Of a stretch of DNA of 64,000 nucleotides, positions 22,965-37,121 are shown piece after piece. The position numbers and the translations under genes are program-made. Below the pieces are notes generated by a model, which saw only the letters and a program-made list of their open reading frames with translations, did not search any database and was not told the origin of the DNA. The stretch's first letter is position 1. Each line of letters begins with the position of its first letter. The stretch lies in IMG/VR virus record IMGVR_UViG_3300037483_001817. One strand, given 5' to 3'. Source of the stretch: an uncultured virus (IMG/VR IMGVR_UViG_3300037483_001817). Its lineage: Duplodnaviria > Heunggongvirae > Uroviricota > Caudoviricetes.

Positions 22965-25900
22965 GGCGGGTCTTTCTTCATGTGGTGGGCCTCGGTGATG
23001 ATCCGTGCCGCGGTGATGCACGCGCGGTGCTCGGCGGCCATGTCGCGTGTCTGTCCCCACGGCACGCCGTCTTCACGCGTGGTGCGGATCGCCGTCTTGA
23101 GATCGACGACGAATTTGTCGAAGATTTTGTAGAGCCTGATGAGCGAGGCGCGGTCGTCCTCGTTCGCGTCGTCGGCCAGATCGGCGAAGTTGTCGTTCGT
23201 GCTGGCGTCAGCTGACAGTTCGGCGAAGGCGCGGAGCCAGAGTTCGAAACCGAAACGGGCGACGAGCCGCTCGGCGTCCTCCACGGTTTCGCAGGGGAGG
23301 TCGGGACCTACGAGGCTTACTGGCACAGGTGCGCCGCGTGCGGCAAGGCGCTTAGCGAGCTTCAGCCGCATCTCTGGGCTGAGTGTCATCGGAGTGTCCT
23401 CGTAGGCAGATCGAAGTGGGCGACGTTGCCCTGGTTCGTGCGGAAGGGAACACGGAGCGTCCCGAAGTCGACTGAGATGCGATCAGGGATGGGGAAGGGG
23501 AACTCGATCGGTCGCACGATTGCGGGCTCAAGACCGGTCAGGCGCACGCGATCCCGCGCGCCTTTGCAGATCTCGATCAGACGAAACTCGTCGCCGCTGC
23601 GATCGTGATTGGCCCCTTCCTCACGTAGCAGCTCGCCGACACGTCGCTCGTAGGTGAACTCCAAGTACGTCTTGGCACCCGGAGAGATGTCCATGCCGGC
23701 GAAGAACTGCTGACCGAGGCGCGCTGGAATGATGACGTTCATTGACAGCACGAGCGTGGAGGTCAGGAAGCCCGCGTCGTAGTCAGCGACAAGACGAACC
23801 TTGTTGACGACCTCTGGAGCGGTGCCGGGATCCTTCTCGCCGATGTAGTCGTAGGCGAAGATCCAGCGCAACTCTCGATCCGAGAAGTACAGCAGCGTGA
23901 GCTGTGCCCCGGATGCGAGCTTGAGGTCGATTTTGTGCTGGGTCGGATCGTCGGTCACGTGGACCTTTCGTCGGACGTTGGGGCGATCATCGCGACACAC
24001 GCGGCGCACCGTTGGATGGGCCAGCGTTGTGAGGAGAGTTGTTGGGGTGACGCGTTGGAGAGACGGCACGTAGTTTCCGCCGCACAGGGCAAAGCCGTCG
24101 TCAAGTTTGCAGTGAACGTCGAGGGTCCTCATGCTGGCAGCTCCTTGTCCATGCGCAGCACCTGGAGCAGCAGTTCACGAAAGGCGGCGAAGACGGGGGC
24201 ATAGATCTGCATTGTTTCTTCGCCCTCCGTGCTGAACGTGAAGTGACCTGCCAACCCTTCGACCATCTTCCAGTCGCCTTCGATCACGGCTTCGATCGCC
24301 ATCTCTGCCAGGCGTGTTGAGAACAACGTGGTTTCTTTGATACGCCCTAGTTCCTGCGATAGCCGAAGGACCGCATGGAGGCGGCGTTTCTTCTCCTCGG
24401 GCGACTGGAGAGCCCAGGAGGCGGTTAGCTGCTCGGCGCGGTGGAGTTGCATGAACTCATTCATCGTGAGTCCCGTGCCGAGAAAGTTTTTCGAGTTGGT
24501 GCCGAGCAGCTCTGCAAAGCGTTCGCGAGGATCTGGCTTGTTGGGCTTGTCTGTCACGCGCGCCTCCGCTTTGGGGATCTTGCCGTCTTCAATTCCTTGG
24601 GCGTACCCAACCACGGAGCGAACGGCACCTTTTCGCCGATCACGAAAGCGCTCTTCGCTCCTTTGGTCATAACCGCCTCTCCTGGGCGTAATGTGCCGCT
24701 GCTGCAAGCGCGAGCAACCTTCTGCGCGAACAGTAGAGGAGTGACCTCTTCGTCAAGCAGGAAGATCAGCGTAACTTCGTGCTTTTTGATCTTCTTCATG
24801 CGCGCTTCCGTTTCGTTGGCGCGGTTTCAGCTGGTGCAGTGAGCAAGCGACTTGGATCGGTCTGGGCCGCAGCATCGATCTTGCCCGCGAGGACCTCGAC
24901 GTCACCGGTGAATAGCTCGAGCAGACGCGCATCGAGCTTGCCGAGTGCGGCGACGATGTCCGCGAGCACCGCTTCGCGCTCGGGCGTCCAGGGCAGAATC
25001 CCCCGTGGCAGGACGTCGTTCTCCCACTCCTGGGTCTCACAGATCTGTTCCTTACCCATGTCGGGTCCCCATTTATGGATGCTGACTCTGCGCTGGGCGC
25101 GTACGCGCTTGCTGGGCGCTTCGGGCAGCGCATAGGGCTCGGAGATTTCGCAAAGCGCCCAGTGCAGCTCGATCGCGCAGATCGCGTGCTTGTCATTCGC
25201 ACGAGCCGTCGTTGCGTCGAACTTCGTACGATCGTCGTCGAGCTCGTAGGTGTGGTATTGGCCGGACGTCGCCGGCCTCCCGCTCTTCTCGTCCTCGATC
25301 GGCCAGCCTCTCGCCTCGTAGTCGATCTGGATGTAGCGCTTCCACTCGATCGATAGCGCCTTGGTCGCGGCGGTCTTGATCTGCTCAGAGAGCGCGTCCT
25401 TGGTCTTGGCCGAGTACCAGTCACCTTCGTATTGGGCGTGGAAGGTGCCGTGGGTGATCTCGAAGCGCAGCTCGACCTTGACAGATGCCCACTCGGAGCG
25501 TGTCTTCTGACGATCGAGCTTGACCTCGAGCGTGCCGATCTTTTTGCCGGGACGCTTGCTCATGCGGATTCTCCCGGATCCGCCTCGTAGGCGATGCAGT
25601 CGTCGCACGCGGTGCAGCTCGTTGATCCTGGGTGCTCGTCGTCATGGCCGTGCTCCTCGATGGAGCAGCCACAGACGCAGGGTAGCGGGCCCGTCACAGG
25701 TGTTCGTGACGACGGGTTTGTCACAGGTGACTCCTCACGCAACTGTCGGGCCTTGTGGAGTCCCTTCGTGCTCAGGCGCCAACGGGACGAGCCCTCGCTT
25801 GGTGCGTGCTCGACGAGCCCTTCCTTCTTGAGGCGCCCCAGCAGCATCTGCGCGGCGTAGTCGCCACCGCCGTTGACCGACACGCCCTGTCCGCTGCGGA

Positions 25901-28589
25901 GCACGCGATCGGGCCACGCGGCATGACCGACCTCGAAGCAAGACACACCGGAGCGATTGCCGTCCTGGTAGAGGCAGAGCAGTGCACGGTGTGCGGCGGT
26001 GAGGCTCACGGAGTAGCCTCTTGGGCGTCGAGCCAGGCTTCCAAGCTTCTGATCGCGTAGCCGTATGCGATCTCCGCACGCGTGAAGCGGTCCCAGCCTG
26101 GGGCTTGGAAGTTTTCGCGCCGTTCTCCGAGCTGGGCTTGTTCCGCTACCCAGGAAGCAACGTCGGCATGCGCTAGGTTGCGCTCGCGGCGAGTGGCGGC
26201 GAGGCGGCCGAGCATGCTGCCGCGGCTCGCGGATCTAGCTTCGATCCGGGGTGCGGACATGCCGTATGCTGCGGCGATGACGCGCTCCTTGGCGTCGTCG
26301 CGCGTCGTGCCGAACGCCTTCGCGCACAGCTCGTAGAAGTTCTTGACGATCGGGCGCTCACCGGTCGTGAGCGTGTGAAGCAGATCTTCTGCCGCGTGAA
26401 CCATCGGCTCGGTGAGCTGATCGCCCTTGGCCGCGACGCCCTCGGCCCTGGACTCGGTCCCATCGGATCGGGTGATGACGAGCAGGATCTTCACGAGGTT
26501 CCTCCTGTGGAACCGAAGATCGCATCGACGAGGCAACGCTCGAGTGCGGTCCAGAGTGTCTTGGGCTGTTCGCGCACGTCGATCGAGGCGTCGCGGCTTC
26601 CGTGCGCGTTGAACAGCACGTCCGCGGAGAGAAAGCCAGTGTCGGGCTGGCAGCGCCGTCCTTCACCCAGGATCGTGCACTCGCCGATGATTCCGTGCGG
26701 ACTCTCGTGGTGGATCACGAGCGCGGTGGGGCGATGACCTTGCAGTTCGACAACGAGGCCCCGCGTCTGCCACCACTGCCGCGTGATCGGCAGATAGTCG
26801 TCACCGAGCATCTCTAGCGTGACCGCGTAGCGGAGCCCTTCGTGCTCGGCGCGCACCGCGTAGATCGCGCGGCTTCCGCATACGCCGTGGTTGCCACGGC
26901 GATGCGTACAGACTGGACACGTCGCGTTGTCGTTCACGCAGTCGAACGGGGGCTGATAGGCAATGGGAAGCCGTTCGATGTTCATGGCGACGGGATCATT
27001 CACGATTGTGACTCCATGGCACGCAGGGTGTCGGCGAGATCTTCGTCGCCGTCTTTGCCGGCGAGGATCCGCGTGAGCTGCTTCTTCCAGTGCCGGTTAC
27101 AGTCGATTGCGGCCTCGTACCGTGCACGCCGGGTGTCATCACGTTCCTTGGCAGCCAGCTCTTCATCTTCCGCGATGTTCTCGTCGCAGTCTTCGATGAG
27201 CTCGCTGATTTGCGCACGGAGCCACACGGGGTTGGTGATGCGTTGCGCGGGGGTCTGGTGTTTGTGGTGCTTCATAGAATATCCCGCGAGCGTGTCCACC
27301 TTTTGTTGGACCAACAGATCGTCTTCGCGAGGCGGAGACGTTGAAGTGACGTGGGCAAGAAGTGCGACAACCAGTCACCGTGGCGCACGATGGTGCGTAG
27401 GTCGCGTTCAGACGCTTTGGTGAGCCTGTCGAAGACGGCCTCAGCGATCTTATCGACGGTCTGATGCCCGCCGACGATGGCAGCAAGCACCGCGAGGTCG
27501 AGCGCGGCACGCTGGTTCTTGTTGAGCTTGTAGCTCGGCATTAGGGCTCTCCGCCCCGATGGAGCTTTCCGCTCTCGTAGCGGTGGGCCCATAGCTTCCA
27601 TGTGCGGCCACCCTGGTTCACGCGCGGTCCTTGGACGGCGTGGTGCCGACGGGCACGAAGTGAAGATCTTGGCCGCGTGCGTGGAAGATCGCACGCAGGT
27701 GGACGAGCAGATCCGCGAGGGCGTCGTTGTCATCTTCGTAGCCAGCGATGCCGATGCCGCCCTTAACTTCGTCGACGAGAAACACGATCGCACGATCAAC
27801 GTCACGCTTCTCGCCGTGCTGATTGAACGTGGCGATCATGGCGTTACAAATACGCGTGAGGCGATCCTGGGGCGTTGAACTTTTCGTGGTGGTCTTGGTC
27901 ATGGCTCTTTTCCGAGGATCGGCCGTTGCAGTGCGGGATCGGGATGGTTGAGGAATGGGCGGCCGTGTGCTTCCCACTGCGTCGTTGTCCACCAGCCGTG
28001 GCCGTCCTGCGCGTTCTGGTGCTTGTTTGAATGCGCCCACTTCGCCCCGTTGCCGTGGATGATGTAGCCGCACGAGCAGAAGTGAGAACGTTTCGCGTGG
28101 GCCTGAGCGCGCTGGCGGGATGTCACTTGCGCACCCGTGCAGTGTTGATGATCTCGGCACAGCGACCGCGTGCCTCGCGGATCGTCTGCACGCGGCCGAT
28201 GTCGTCGAACCGCACGATCCCGAGGGCGATCTGGACGTCGGTGAGGATTCCCGTGTCGCAGTCGTGGATCGCAGCGTGGTCTCCATCGCAGCGCTCCAGA
28301 TCGAGCGGTCGACATTCGCAGTGCCGCGCGAACAGGTCGCGCAGTTCTTGATCCGTGATCGTAGTGGCAGTGAGTGGCGGCCCAGGCTCCCACGAGATAC
28401 AGGGCGCGGTCGGTTTCGCCTGATGTCCTCGGGCAATCGCGTCTGCCTGTTCTCGGCAGCTCGCTCCCTGTCCGAAGCCGCACGAGCAGCGCGTCAGGTA
28501 CCGGGTGCCGCAGTCGCCACTTTCGGCGTGTCGCGCCGTGTTGCAGCTGGCGACGTCATGCCGGGTGACCCACGTCTCATGGCGATCGC

Positions 28590-28835
28590 TCACTTCGCAC
28601 CATCCAACCAACGCACCGTGGTGCGACCGTCATGCCCGTGCAGCGCATCGAGCACCTTCACATTCGCGTAGACGTTCACGGATTCGAGCTGACTGATCCA
28701 GTGGATCGCGACTTGTCCATTCGAGAACTCGACGCCTTCCGCAACGATTCCGGTTCCGCTCGTGCCGCTGACATCTTCGACGCGCTCCAGTACGAAGGTA
28801 CGAAGCGTGACGCCCTTGCTGGTTCCGTTGCTCAT
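28590..28835 (-). CDS. Conserved phage-type hypothetical protein
   Basis: F.LER.EDVSGTSGTGIVAEGVEFSNG..HGHDGRT. Confidence 0.65.
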   Translation of the reverse strand: MSNGTSKGVTLRTFVLERVEDVSGTSGTGIVAEGVEFSNGQVAIHWISQLESVNVYANVKVLDALHGHDGRTTVRWLDGAK

Positions 28836-31800
28836 GGTTGATCCTCTTGGGCGCATAGTTCCTTGCCGAGCGCGAGCATCGCCACGAGTGCCTCGTGATT
28901 GGCGTGCTCGATCTCAGTACCGTCGGGATCGCACTCCGCGCATCGACGCGCGCACTCGTCAACGCGCTTGCGCAGCGCACGCAGCTTCGCACCCTCCATG
29001 AGGTGTTCACCCACGGTCATTTGCCTTTCCGCCACACGCGCAGGGCCCTCTCGAGCTGGCCCTTGTTCCAGAACGGGCCCCGTGGCGGCCCATGGACGCG
29101 TGTGACGGGTGAGATCCACACTTGGTCGGAGTTGCCCGCGATGCCACCGCCCGTGTAGACACGCCAGCGCTCGGTGCGCGTCTCGCCGACCTTCGGGCCC
29201 ACAACGCGGTGGATCTCGATGCCATGGCCGTTGGACGTGACGACAGGGATCGCGAGCTTGTTGACGACCTCGCGGGTGCGCACGCGGTTCATGCGGGGAC
29301 CGTGGGTCTTCATCGGGTCGACCAGCCGATCGCACGCACGAGCTTCTTTGTCAGGCGCTGCCGACGACGGACGCGTTCGCGCACGGCGGCTTCTTGGGCA
29401 AGCTCGATCTCGCGTGGTGCGTAGGTCGGCGTAGAGGTGGGAACTCCGACATGACACGCGAGGTAGTGATCTGGCCGTGGCCTGGCCGTGTTAGCCGCGC
29501 GCGCGAGCGCAGCGATCACGGCACGCTGTTCGGGTGTCCAAACAAGCATCATGGATGCGGCTCCTGACAGAACCACTCACCGTGCTGCGAGTTGTGTACA
29601 TGGACGATGGTCCCGCCACGCTCTTCGCAGGCGTCTTGTTCGTCGCGGGTGGCGCGCGCCGCGAAGATCACCACTGCAATGATGATCGCGAAGAGGATCG
29701 TCATCCAGAAGACGTCGGTCTTGCGCACGCTCATCGGCTGCGGACCTTTCGGACCTTGCGCAGCGCACCGTCGATCATCGCCCGCAGCCAGAGGAGATCT
29801 TCTCGCGCCATCGATGCGGTGCTGCCGGCAAAGTGCTTGCCAACACCTCCGCGCTTGGTCTTCACGCGCGCGAAGATCTGGAGCGACCAGCGGCCGTTCT
29901 CTGCGCCGTGCGTCAGTGGGCTGGACGTGCAGTAAAGACGCACGCCGGCCGTGTCAGCTCCTGCCTCCCAGCGCTCGCGGACGGGGTCGTGGAGCGAGGT
30001 CTCGACGAACTCGATCGGGCGGAACTCGTCGCTCACGGCGGCTCGCGTTTTCTGGAGCTTCGGCACGATGGTCTCCTTGGGGAACAGATCGTCGAAAATG
30101 TTGGGAACTACCAGCGCGGCTCGTCCGGCCGGCGTGACTTTTCCACCCGGCCTGCTGTTGGTGCGAAACAGCCTCTTGCGCTGGAGTGCATGGATCGTGT
30201 GGCCATGCACGTGTGTGTAGTCGCGCTGGTCGAGTGGCTTGGCCAGCTCGGCGAGGGCGTGGCGTTCCTTGGCGGTGAGCTTCACCGGCCTAGTCACCGT
30301 GTCCATCACCGGTGCATCTCCCGGCCCTCGGTTCCGTCCCACTGCATGCGCGTGCCGCCGGGGAAGATCAGGAAGTAGTCGATCTCGCTGTACGAGACGT
30401 GGTGGGTGCCGCCACCGGTCTTCTCTGCCCAGTGCTGTAGTGCTTTGTCGCGGGACACTTCGGTCGTGCAGTCGGTCCAGCAACCGTCCATGCCGTCCCA
30501 CAGCCGGACGACGTAGGTCTCGTACGTGAAGGAGGCTGCCGGCACCTGCATGACGCGGCAGTAGAGCGTGAGCAGATCTTTGCTGCTCAACATTTCTACC
30601 TGCACGGGCGATCGCATCAAGCGCGGCTTTGTCCACGCCTGGGGCTCGGGCAGCTTGTGCTCCAGGCCGACTTTCGTGAGTGCGACACCGATCGGATCAT
30701 TCGGATCGGTGAGATCGATCAGGTCGTGGAGCGCGCGGAGCTGTTTGCGCTGCTCGATGTATGCACGCGCGATCAGGCCCAGTGCTATGGGGGTGACGCC
30801 GAGCTTCTCCAGCGAATCGGGCAGGCCGATGTGTTCGGCCATCTCGATTATTCGGATCGCGGCTTCGGCGAGCTGTCGCGCGCTGTCGTCGATGGGGTTC
30901 ACTTCTGGTCCTTCGCTTTGGCCGCGGCCCGCGCGAGCGCGTCGAAGTCCTCGCTGCGCTCCTCTAGCTCTTCGCGCGCGTGGGCCAGCATCGTATGGGT
31001 CTCATCGATCTCGGCACTCGTCGACCACAGCCGAGCGCACGGCTCGGCGTACGGCGGCAGAAAGCCGATGCCCTTGAGCAGGAGGGTCTCTTCCTCGTCA
31101 AACTCGACGTGGTACCGGATGACGGATTCTTTGGCGAGGATCCTCATAGGCCGAGCGCCTCCCTGATCGTCGTCCTGATCTTGGTCCTGGCGGCGTTTTC
31201 TCCCTCCGAGTACGCACGCTGGCGCTGCGAGTAGATTTCGCCGAACAGTGCCTCGAGAACATCCGGCGACATGTGGCGAATAATCGCGGCGACCAGTTCC
31301 TCGCGGAGCTTGAGGACGTCGATCGGTTCGTCCCATGCCGTGGGGATATCCTGGGAATCGACCGCGAACGTGACTCCTTGTGCGGTCAATGTCACTTGAG
31401 CCGATTTGTTGCCTATGGAGACGCCGAAGCCCTTTGCCTCGTGGTCGCCGAAGCGTCTTACCCACGTACCGCCGGGCCTCTCGGTTCTCAGGTCGATGCT
31501 CATCACGCGCTCCCGAACCGAAATGAGTAGAAATTGCGATCACGTTCCTTGGCCATGAAGCCGAGGGCTTCGAGGCGTACGCGATCTTCCGCGGAGACCT
31601 GTGCCGGATCGACGAGCACGTAGAGGGTGTCGTGCTCGCAGCACGTCGGATTCGCGGTGTGCGTGTACTTCGCGAAGATCGTGAAGGCTTCGAGGAGATC
31701 GTTCATAGGCCCACCGCCAGGTGCAGTTTGTTGAGCAGGTTGACCTGGTCGATCGACAGCGCCTTCATCGACTCGGGACAGCCGGCGTCCGTGGCGTCGA

Positions 31801-33001
31801 GGAAGGTGACGATGAGGTCGTGCGTCGCGAGCAGGGCACGGTCGGACTCACTGTGCTCGGCGCGGAGCATCGCTCCTTGTGTGGTGGCGAGGATCTCTCT
31901 TGGCGTCACGACGGTACCTCGCTGATTTGCTGATTGATGCGATCGCGGATGTCGATAAGGGTGGCCACGAGATCTTGCGCGACGCGGGTGGGAGCGTAGA
32001 GCGGATCGTCAGCGGACAATTCGCTCTTGATTTGTTCGAGGGTGACGACGAGGCGCTGGATCACGATCGTCGCGCTCGTCGCGGTCGCGCGAGCTTCTGC
32101 GAGAAGGATCAGTTTGCGTCGGTCTGCGTCCCTCACGGCAGCTTTCCTTCGTTTCCCGTCTCGTTTTGCGATTCGGCCTCTGCCAACTTCTCCGAGAACT
32201 CGGCGGCGATCTCGATGTGGCGCTGCGCGGTGGCCATCGCCGCCGCCAGCTTTTCATCGTCGGTGAATTCGGGACCACCGCGGGTGATCGTGCCGTGTGA
32301 GATCTTCCGCTGCTTGTAGTGGCCGGTCGAGGCGGAGGCAAGCCACCATTGCGCTCGCAGCATGGCGAGCTGGATCTGTCGCTTGCAGTATTCGAGATTC
32401 TTCACGGCTTGGTCCTCAGGCGCCGGATCGTCTCCTTGGCGTCGCGCTCGTTGTCGATCGTCTGCGCCGGTTCGTGGGGGTCGTCGATCTTGCCGCGCGT
32501 CGGCATGCACTCCGCGGCCTGCGGGTCGACGGGCTTCTTAGGCATTCGCGCTGCTCCCTTCATGACGGCAGATACACTTTCCGAATGAACATGCGCGTCG
32601 AGCACACTTCACACGTACGCCACTCGTCCGCGGGCCATTGGCGTGTAGCGATCAGTCGCGCGCAATCCTCCTCCGACGGGATCGTGTGAAACGAGATCTT
32701 CAGCTCGCCCCCGCGGTGAAGTCCAAGCTTGCAAAGCAGCTTACGAATCATGGCGCCTCGTCGTCCTTGAACGCGTCGCGCCAGTTCTCGCCGAACAGAT
32801 TGATGATGACCGTTGCCTTCGGGCTTCCTGCGCGATCATGCCGCCGGGCAGCGCCGCGGCGGCGAGCTTTGCAGTGCTCGCTAGCCGCGAGGTATCGGTG
32901 ATGAGCGGCAGTCCCGCACGGCACGGGGCAGTCGATGGTGATGTCCTTCTTGGTCACGGGCGGTTCTTTCCTTGTAGCGGCGATCGCGTCTGAGTGGAAT
33001 T

Positions 33002-33017
33002 GGGTTGTTTTATACCC
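33002..33017. promoter_or_regulatory. Lone GGGT-N8-ACCC box (gggttgttttataccc)
   Basis: Intergenic, upstream of gene 32748-32957; no partner box or exact GG-N10-GC core. Confidence 0.45.
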
Positions 33018-36000
33018 AGGCCGATTTCTCAGCGTTTCTTCGGCTTTGTTTTCGGCCCCTTCGCCGCCATCGGGGCCTTCGGCGCGGGGCTCGGCAAATC
33101 GGGCATCTCTTTCCCGCGCGCTGCCGCGTAGAGCCCAGTGGCGAGCAGCTCGATCGCGGCGGCTAGCTTCTGAGGGACGTGAGGGCGCGACGGATCGCTC
33201 GTGAGCATGAGCGCGCCCGTTGCCCCTCGGGAGAAGTCGACGTCGTGCCGCAAGAGGACCGCGTCGATCCAGCCGTCGATCGCCGCGGTCTGGCCGGGGT
33301 CGTCGTCTTCGGGTTCGTCGTGCTCGGGTGCGCGTGAGCCGTTGATTCTGGCCCTTGCTCTCGCGGCATTGGCCTGGGCCTCGGTCAGGCCGGCGATTTT
33401 GCGGCGATCGGCCGCAGCCTTGAGCTGGGCGGCGGAGGTCGTGTTCAGGGCCTTGATCTTGGTGTTGACGATCGACAGCTCACCCTGGATGCGGACGCGC
33501 TCTTCGGGCGACAGCTGGGCAGTGAGGAGTTCGACGAGCTCCACACGCGTTCGTGTCAGGGAGACCTTGTCTTCGATCACGGGACGTCCTTTCTGGAGTT
33601 GTTGGCGGCGTGAGCGGCGCTCAGCTCGCGCTCGCGTTGAAGGGCCGTCTCGCGCGAGACCGGACCCTCGACGATGCAGGGATCTCCTCCGGTGACGTCG
33701 ACCACGAGCCAGTGTCGCGCCCGGTGCCAAGCGCCAGAGTCTTTCGCGGGGACGCCTTCGCGATCAGCGGGCCAGATCCTGAAGACGCGCTTCACGATTC
33801 TTCCTCAGGCAGCTCGCCAGCTGTCTTCCACGCGTGTTCGACGTAACTCAGCGCGTGCTCGAGAGGTGCACCACTCCAGGCAGCCATGGTCCCGCCGACT
33901 TGGAGCAAGACGCAGGATGCCGCGTATTCGGGGATGTCGAGACGGTCCTTCCACGCTTTTACGAGGGCCTGGAGTTCCGCGCAGAGCTGGATGTACTCGT
34001 CTTCGGAGATACGTATATTCACGACTCCCTCCGCGCTGGGCGCTGCGCGTCGATGCAGCCGCGGCAGACGGCGTCGTGACCGTTGCCGCCGGGACCGTAG
34101 TAGCCCCATGCCTCGGTGATCGATGCGACGCCGACCTCGCCGCACCACACAGGCTTGGCGGTGGCGTCATCGGGACGCTTGCGAATGTGGATCTCGCGAT
34201 CGCTCACTGGCCACCCCTGATCTTGGCCGCGAGCTCGACACACTCACGTGCGTGCTCTTCGAGCTGATCCGGCGTCAGGAAGATGGAGCACTTCCTGACA
34301 TCGTGTGGACCGGCGCCTTGCCGCTCGCGGATCCGGATGCGTCCCCATGGTCCGCTCCGCTCGGCGAGGACTTCGATCTCGTCGTCGTTGTTGTTGTTGG
34401 GCACGGCTGATTTCACGACCACACCTCCGCCAAGCTGTTGAGCCAGCGCCAGTACAGCGTGGTGTGCTGGCCGCCGTCGCGTACGCTGCGCGCGACGGGC
34501 GGCAGGTGGACATTGGGCGCGGCGAGTGCTGCGTTCTCGAACGCGAGCGCATCCTCGATGGCTAAAAATGAGGCGACGTAGCCGGCCATCGTCTTTGCTT
34601 CGTCGTCGGACTTGTGGGTCTTTGTGATCTTCACGCTTGCTTCTTCCGTTGCTGGAGTTCCAGCAGGTAGACGGCGCCTAGCTCAGTGCAGCGGTCGCAG
34701 TCAGGTGCGACGACGAAGCGATACAAGGTGTCGGGACGAAGGACCAGCCGTTCGGTTTCGCAGAGCTTCAGCTCGACGACCTTTCGCGCCTTGTGAATCT
34801 CACGCACCAGGCGCGCGATAAGCTCTGGATCGGCGATGCCAGGGCCGTCGCCTGGTTTCCCGGCGAGCTTCACGACGAGGACGAGTTCGTCGTTCGAAAG
34901 TGGATCGAGGTTGATGGTCTTCATGGAATGCCTCAGCGCTGCCTGAACCTTCCGCGGTGAGTGTCGAACGCGATCACGGTTTCGCCGTCGTCGTTCTTGT
35001 AGAGGAGCACTGCGTGGTCCTTCGTAAGAGCCTTGAGCTGTTCCAGCGTCAGCTCATGGGGGCCCGGGCCGCGAAACGTAGGCGGGATCGAAGGCTCACC
35101 GGAGAAGTGCCAGGCGTAATCGATCCTCATCACGAGCCCCTTTTCTTCTCGGTTGGCAGAGAGTCGATCAGACTCGCCGCGTTCTCGAGGGCCGACAGGA
35201 TCTCGGAGCGCATGAGCCCGTTGATCATGTAGCGGTTCTGCCGGACCTCCTCGGTGTTCCTGAGCGTGCGCATCTGCTCGACGAGGTCTTGATGGAGCGC
35301 GCGGCTCGTCTCACGCGTCGGATACGGCTTGTCCTCGACGATCTCGGCGAGGTAGCGCAGGCGGCGGTAGACGTGTACCGCACTCTGCGGGTGCTGGTAA
35401 CAGCGCGAGGACACGCAGGCACCACACTCGGAGCACTGACGATCGATGCACGGGCCATCGTGGGCTTCGTCGCCGCAGTCGCGACACGATCCGTCACGCG
35501 GGCGCAGCCGCGCGTCTTTGAGCAGCGCCGAGGTCGTCGTGAGGATCGGTTCGTTCGCGAGCGTTCGGCACTCGACGTGGTCGTGTACGATCGAGATGAT
35601 CGTCAGCGGCAACCACTGGCCGGTTTCGCTGTCTCGCAGCTCGATGAGCGAACCGTGCTTGATGTCCTTGGGGTCCAGCATCACGTGTCTTTCTTCCATT
35701 GCGCGGAATCGTTCGTGAGCAGGATCTGCGCGACGTAGACGATCGTGCGTCCGGCTCCGCGCTCCTTGGCTGCTGCGTGGGCCTCATCTTGTGTCTGGTG
35801 GTACGTCATCGGGCCGCCGATTTCGTCGAAGACGATCCAGCGCGGTAAGGACTTTTTGATGCCGTGAAGCTTCATTGTGGGGTCCTTTCCGCGTCGACGA
35901 GCACACACTCGCCAAGCAGTTGCCCGAGCGTGAGCGCGGCCTCCGTCCCGAAGTGGGAGGGCCGCACCGCACGCGGGTCGTAGACGCGATCGCACCAGTG

Positions 36001-37121
36001 CATCTTCTTGCGGTCCGTGTCGACGCCGATGGTCTGCGTGGGCAGCACCATCCCGCCGGGAAGCGGCAGTGCGATCCATTTCGCCCCGGCCAGTACCTCG
36101 GGCATCTGGAGAGCATCGATCACACGGAGCTTCATGATGAACCTTCCTCCTTCGCGTACCGGAGCGCGTTCGCGATCGTTCGATGCGCGGCAAACGCGAG
36201 GTCGCGATCCGCACGCCCGAGGTCCTCCAGCGCGTTCTCACGCCACTGGTGTGCGCGATCACGGAACAGCTCGATCGCAGCTTCGGCTGTCTCGGATAGC
36301 CCCCACGCGTCGAGTTCGGACCGCTTGAAGGAGATCCGGCCGCAGTAGGGCTTCGCCAGCGTGACTTGCTTGGGACCGTGGGACGCGATCGCGAGCCAGT
36401 AGAGCCGCGGCCCGCGATGCGTACGCGCATTCGCGGAGCGGCGCACGAGCCACAGCTTTGGTGTGCCGGTCACGAAGGCACTGGCCCGATCATCGTCCCG
36501 AGCAGGAACGCCTCAAAGATTTCTGGTGTGTGTGCTGCCGGATCGTACGGCTCGACGATGAACGCGAGGTCTTTCGCACACGTGATCGTGTCGAGGCGTA
36601 TCTCGGGGCGTCGATGGATCAGTTGCGCGAACAGCGACGCGTTCATCGGGTGCGGGCCGTATTCCTTTCGGAGCGGCTCGAGATCGATCCGCGGTTTCCA
36701 TGTAAATTCCGACGCGGCAATGCTCGTGTCGCGTGCGAGCTGGCTGTTGACGCCGATGCGGATGTTCCGGATCGCGATGTCTCGTGCCGCCTTGTCCGGG
36801 ATGAGGATGCATCGCACGCGGAACGCCGCTGTCGGCCGGATGATGATGTGCGTCTCCGCGTTGATCGTCACCAGGCTGTGCAGCCACAGGATGCCGGGAC
36901 ACGTGATCGGAATGCGGTCGCTGTCGTTCACGGTGCCTCCGTCGTGCGCACGTTCTGAAGAGCTGCCTTCTTCGCCGCGTCGATGGTGGTGAACGTGCGC
37001 ATGCGCATCCGGCCACGCTGGAACAGGCCGATGCCGTCGACCTTGGCCCAGTAGCGACGTGTGCCGAAGCGATCCTCGTGGATCTCGATCCGTTTGCCGT
37101 CGACCTTCTCGGTTTTGACGA

